Assembly (NCBI RefSeq): GCF_052425735.1
Contig: NC_135761.1
Location: 52,266,001 to 52,330,000 of the forward strand
From: Oculina patagonica
Lineage: Eukaryota
DNA length: 64,000 nucleotides
Direction of reading: 5' to 3'
A program made the position numbers and the translations under genes. Below, in pieces: positions 62,251 through 64,000 of this stretch (position 1 is the stretch's first letter; each line of letters begins with the position of its first letter). The notes below the pieces were generated by a model. It was not told the DNA's origin, did not search any database, and saw nothing but the letters and a program-made list of their open reading frames with translations.

Positions 62251-64000
62251 AACAATAACTACAATGCCCTCTTGTATTATCACACCGCATCAGATACAAT
62301 CCACTGGTGAAGAGCCTAGTCAAACAAAAGACAATTTTCACTCCTGGTGTGATAAAGGTTTCTAGACAATTTTTTAAAACGTTTGGCAGGCACCCTTACG
62401 TAAAAAGCTTAAAATCTCAAAATTGAGTATTAGAAATCTCACGAAAAAGTTTCAATGCACAAAACCAAAGATTAAAAAAATATATCGCACTGAATGTTGA
62501 ATTTGCGCAAATTCGAGAAGAAGACACCAGACTTGTATACGTAAGACACTTACGTTAGTATAAACCGCAAAACAAAAACTAAATAAATTCATCATGCAAT
62601 CAAAGAAAAGAAGCTAGTGCAAGCGCCCATCAGCCGTGAGAATTCTGCATTTATTGACGTGTCCGATCAGTATGGTCCCCCATTACATACTCTGTACATA
62701 TTCAGTATTTCTGTGTGTAGGAATCATATGTTTCTTCTCTATTTTGTGTTTTCCGATGTCTTTTCATTGAATCTGATAGGTCTACAATAATCTATGAGAT
62801 CCATATAATTTCCGATGAAATAATTTCAATAATACTGATTTTTAAAATATAATCACGAAAATTAGGCTTTTTTTGAACAGGCAGCTAGAAAAGACATTGA
62901 ACAAAGAAGCAAAAAAATTGTTCGCGAAAAATTGCTATAACATTTGCGGTTCCAAGCACGGACAAATACTTTTGAGTTCGTCTTCTTCGAAGAGGCGAAA
63001 TTATCGCCTTTGAGCGTAATCTATTATATTTACGACTTATTTCGTTTAAGGTTTGCTTCTTCACTTCATTGTTTCGATTGACAATTCCTTTTCTGAAATC
63101 ATTATTGTAATTCAAATTCCGTCTATTCTGTCTATGTTACAACAAACGAATCAGTTTGAAGCGCGCCCGAGTCACTTATCAAAATTGTCTCAAATGTAAT
63201 TAACCCAGTTTCTTTATAAGACTTATGTTTGTCTTCGCTTGTGTTTTATTCACAACTTTCACGTTATTGGGAAAACCCATAACAGCTGGTATTTAAATCC
63301 ATAAATGGTGGCAAACGTGGCCGAACGGAGCATGCTCAGTTGTGCTGGGTTGGCCGTTCCGGTGCGAGCGAGCGACCGTGAAAAAATATGGCGGGTAGAA
63401 AATTTTGACATGAGACCGCGAAGACCTGCGAGTTTGCCAGTACTTTTGCGTAGCAATAACTGGCGAGAATGGAATATGAAAAGATGGAGGATGAAAGGTA
63501 AGAGTTTAAATTTCTCCTTCAAGACCATACCGCGAGCGTTGTTGAGTTCGAGGAGAATTATCTTGAAAAATCACGAAATATACTCTTATTAACACCGATC
63601 GAAATTTCGAACCACGTCCCGGCATAATTTTTGAAAGACTGCTGGGTGCTGTCTGGGTCGTGAGTTATCTTCTAGATTGCACAGATCGCTGGAAAACAGG
63701 CGCTTATCGTCAGTTTTGGGCAACGGGTTAATTATATTTTCAGTATTTTTCTTTTATAACGAGCGAAATACTCATGTTTACCATTACATCTCTGATCACC
63801 TGTTTTTAACATCGTTGTTTGGAATCGAATGGTTTTCCCTCGATGACGTCACATGCAGTTACATTTCCAAGAAGAGCTACAATATAAATCTGTAATGGCG
63901 ACTTGCAAAGGAACCCTACACCGGCCGGTTTTCTGAATAAATCTTTAAACTGCCTTGTCAGAATAATATGCAAATATAACCGGTTGACCGGAAAACGAAA

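Noticed and set aside
61243-63895. Short ORFs and a possible exon near 63470-63497
   Set aside because: No recognisable protein motif and no consistent splice chain could be built.

Overview
Eukaryotic (intron-rich, AT-rich, repeat-laden) genomic DNA. The repeat repertoire and gene content suggest a cnidarian such as a stony coral (inference). An assembly gap (N-run) lies at 2079-2225. Seven multi-exon genes can be spliced by eye using GT-AG introns: a secreted PAN/Apple + fibrinogen-like protein (-), C1orf131/FSAF1 (+), ILVBL/HACL2 (-), TRMT12/TYW2 (+), ACAA2 (+), MZT1 (-) and BORA (+). ILVBL/TYW2 and MZT1/BORA are tight head-to-head pairs. The most unusual content is mobile DNA inside introns and promoters. 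(1) A ~2 kb concatemer of a 235-bp unit carrying a foldable tRNA-like (GGC anticodon) gene, with a 5' inversion and one 16-bp target-site duplication (TSD) around the whole array. (2) A very young, internally deleted Gypsy-type LTR element with TA...TA termini and a non-tRNA primer-binding site complementary to its own LTR (apparent self-priming). (3) A Penelope-like GIY-YIG fragment with a minimal hammerhead ribozyme, in sense within an ILVBL intron. (4) Three different palindromic MITEs stacked in tandem with the same 9-bp spacer just upstream of ACAA2. Many other SINEs and MITEs, several of them nested, are also present. All exon boundaries and family names come from manual reading, not from searches.
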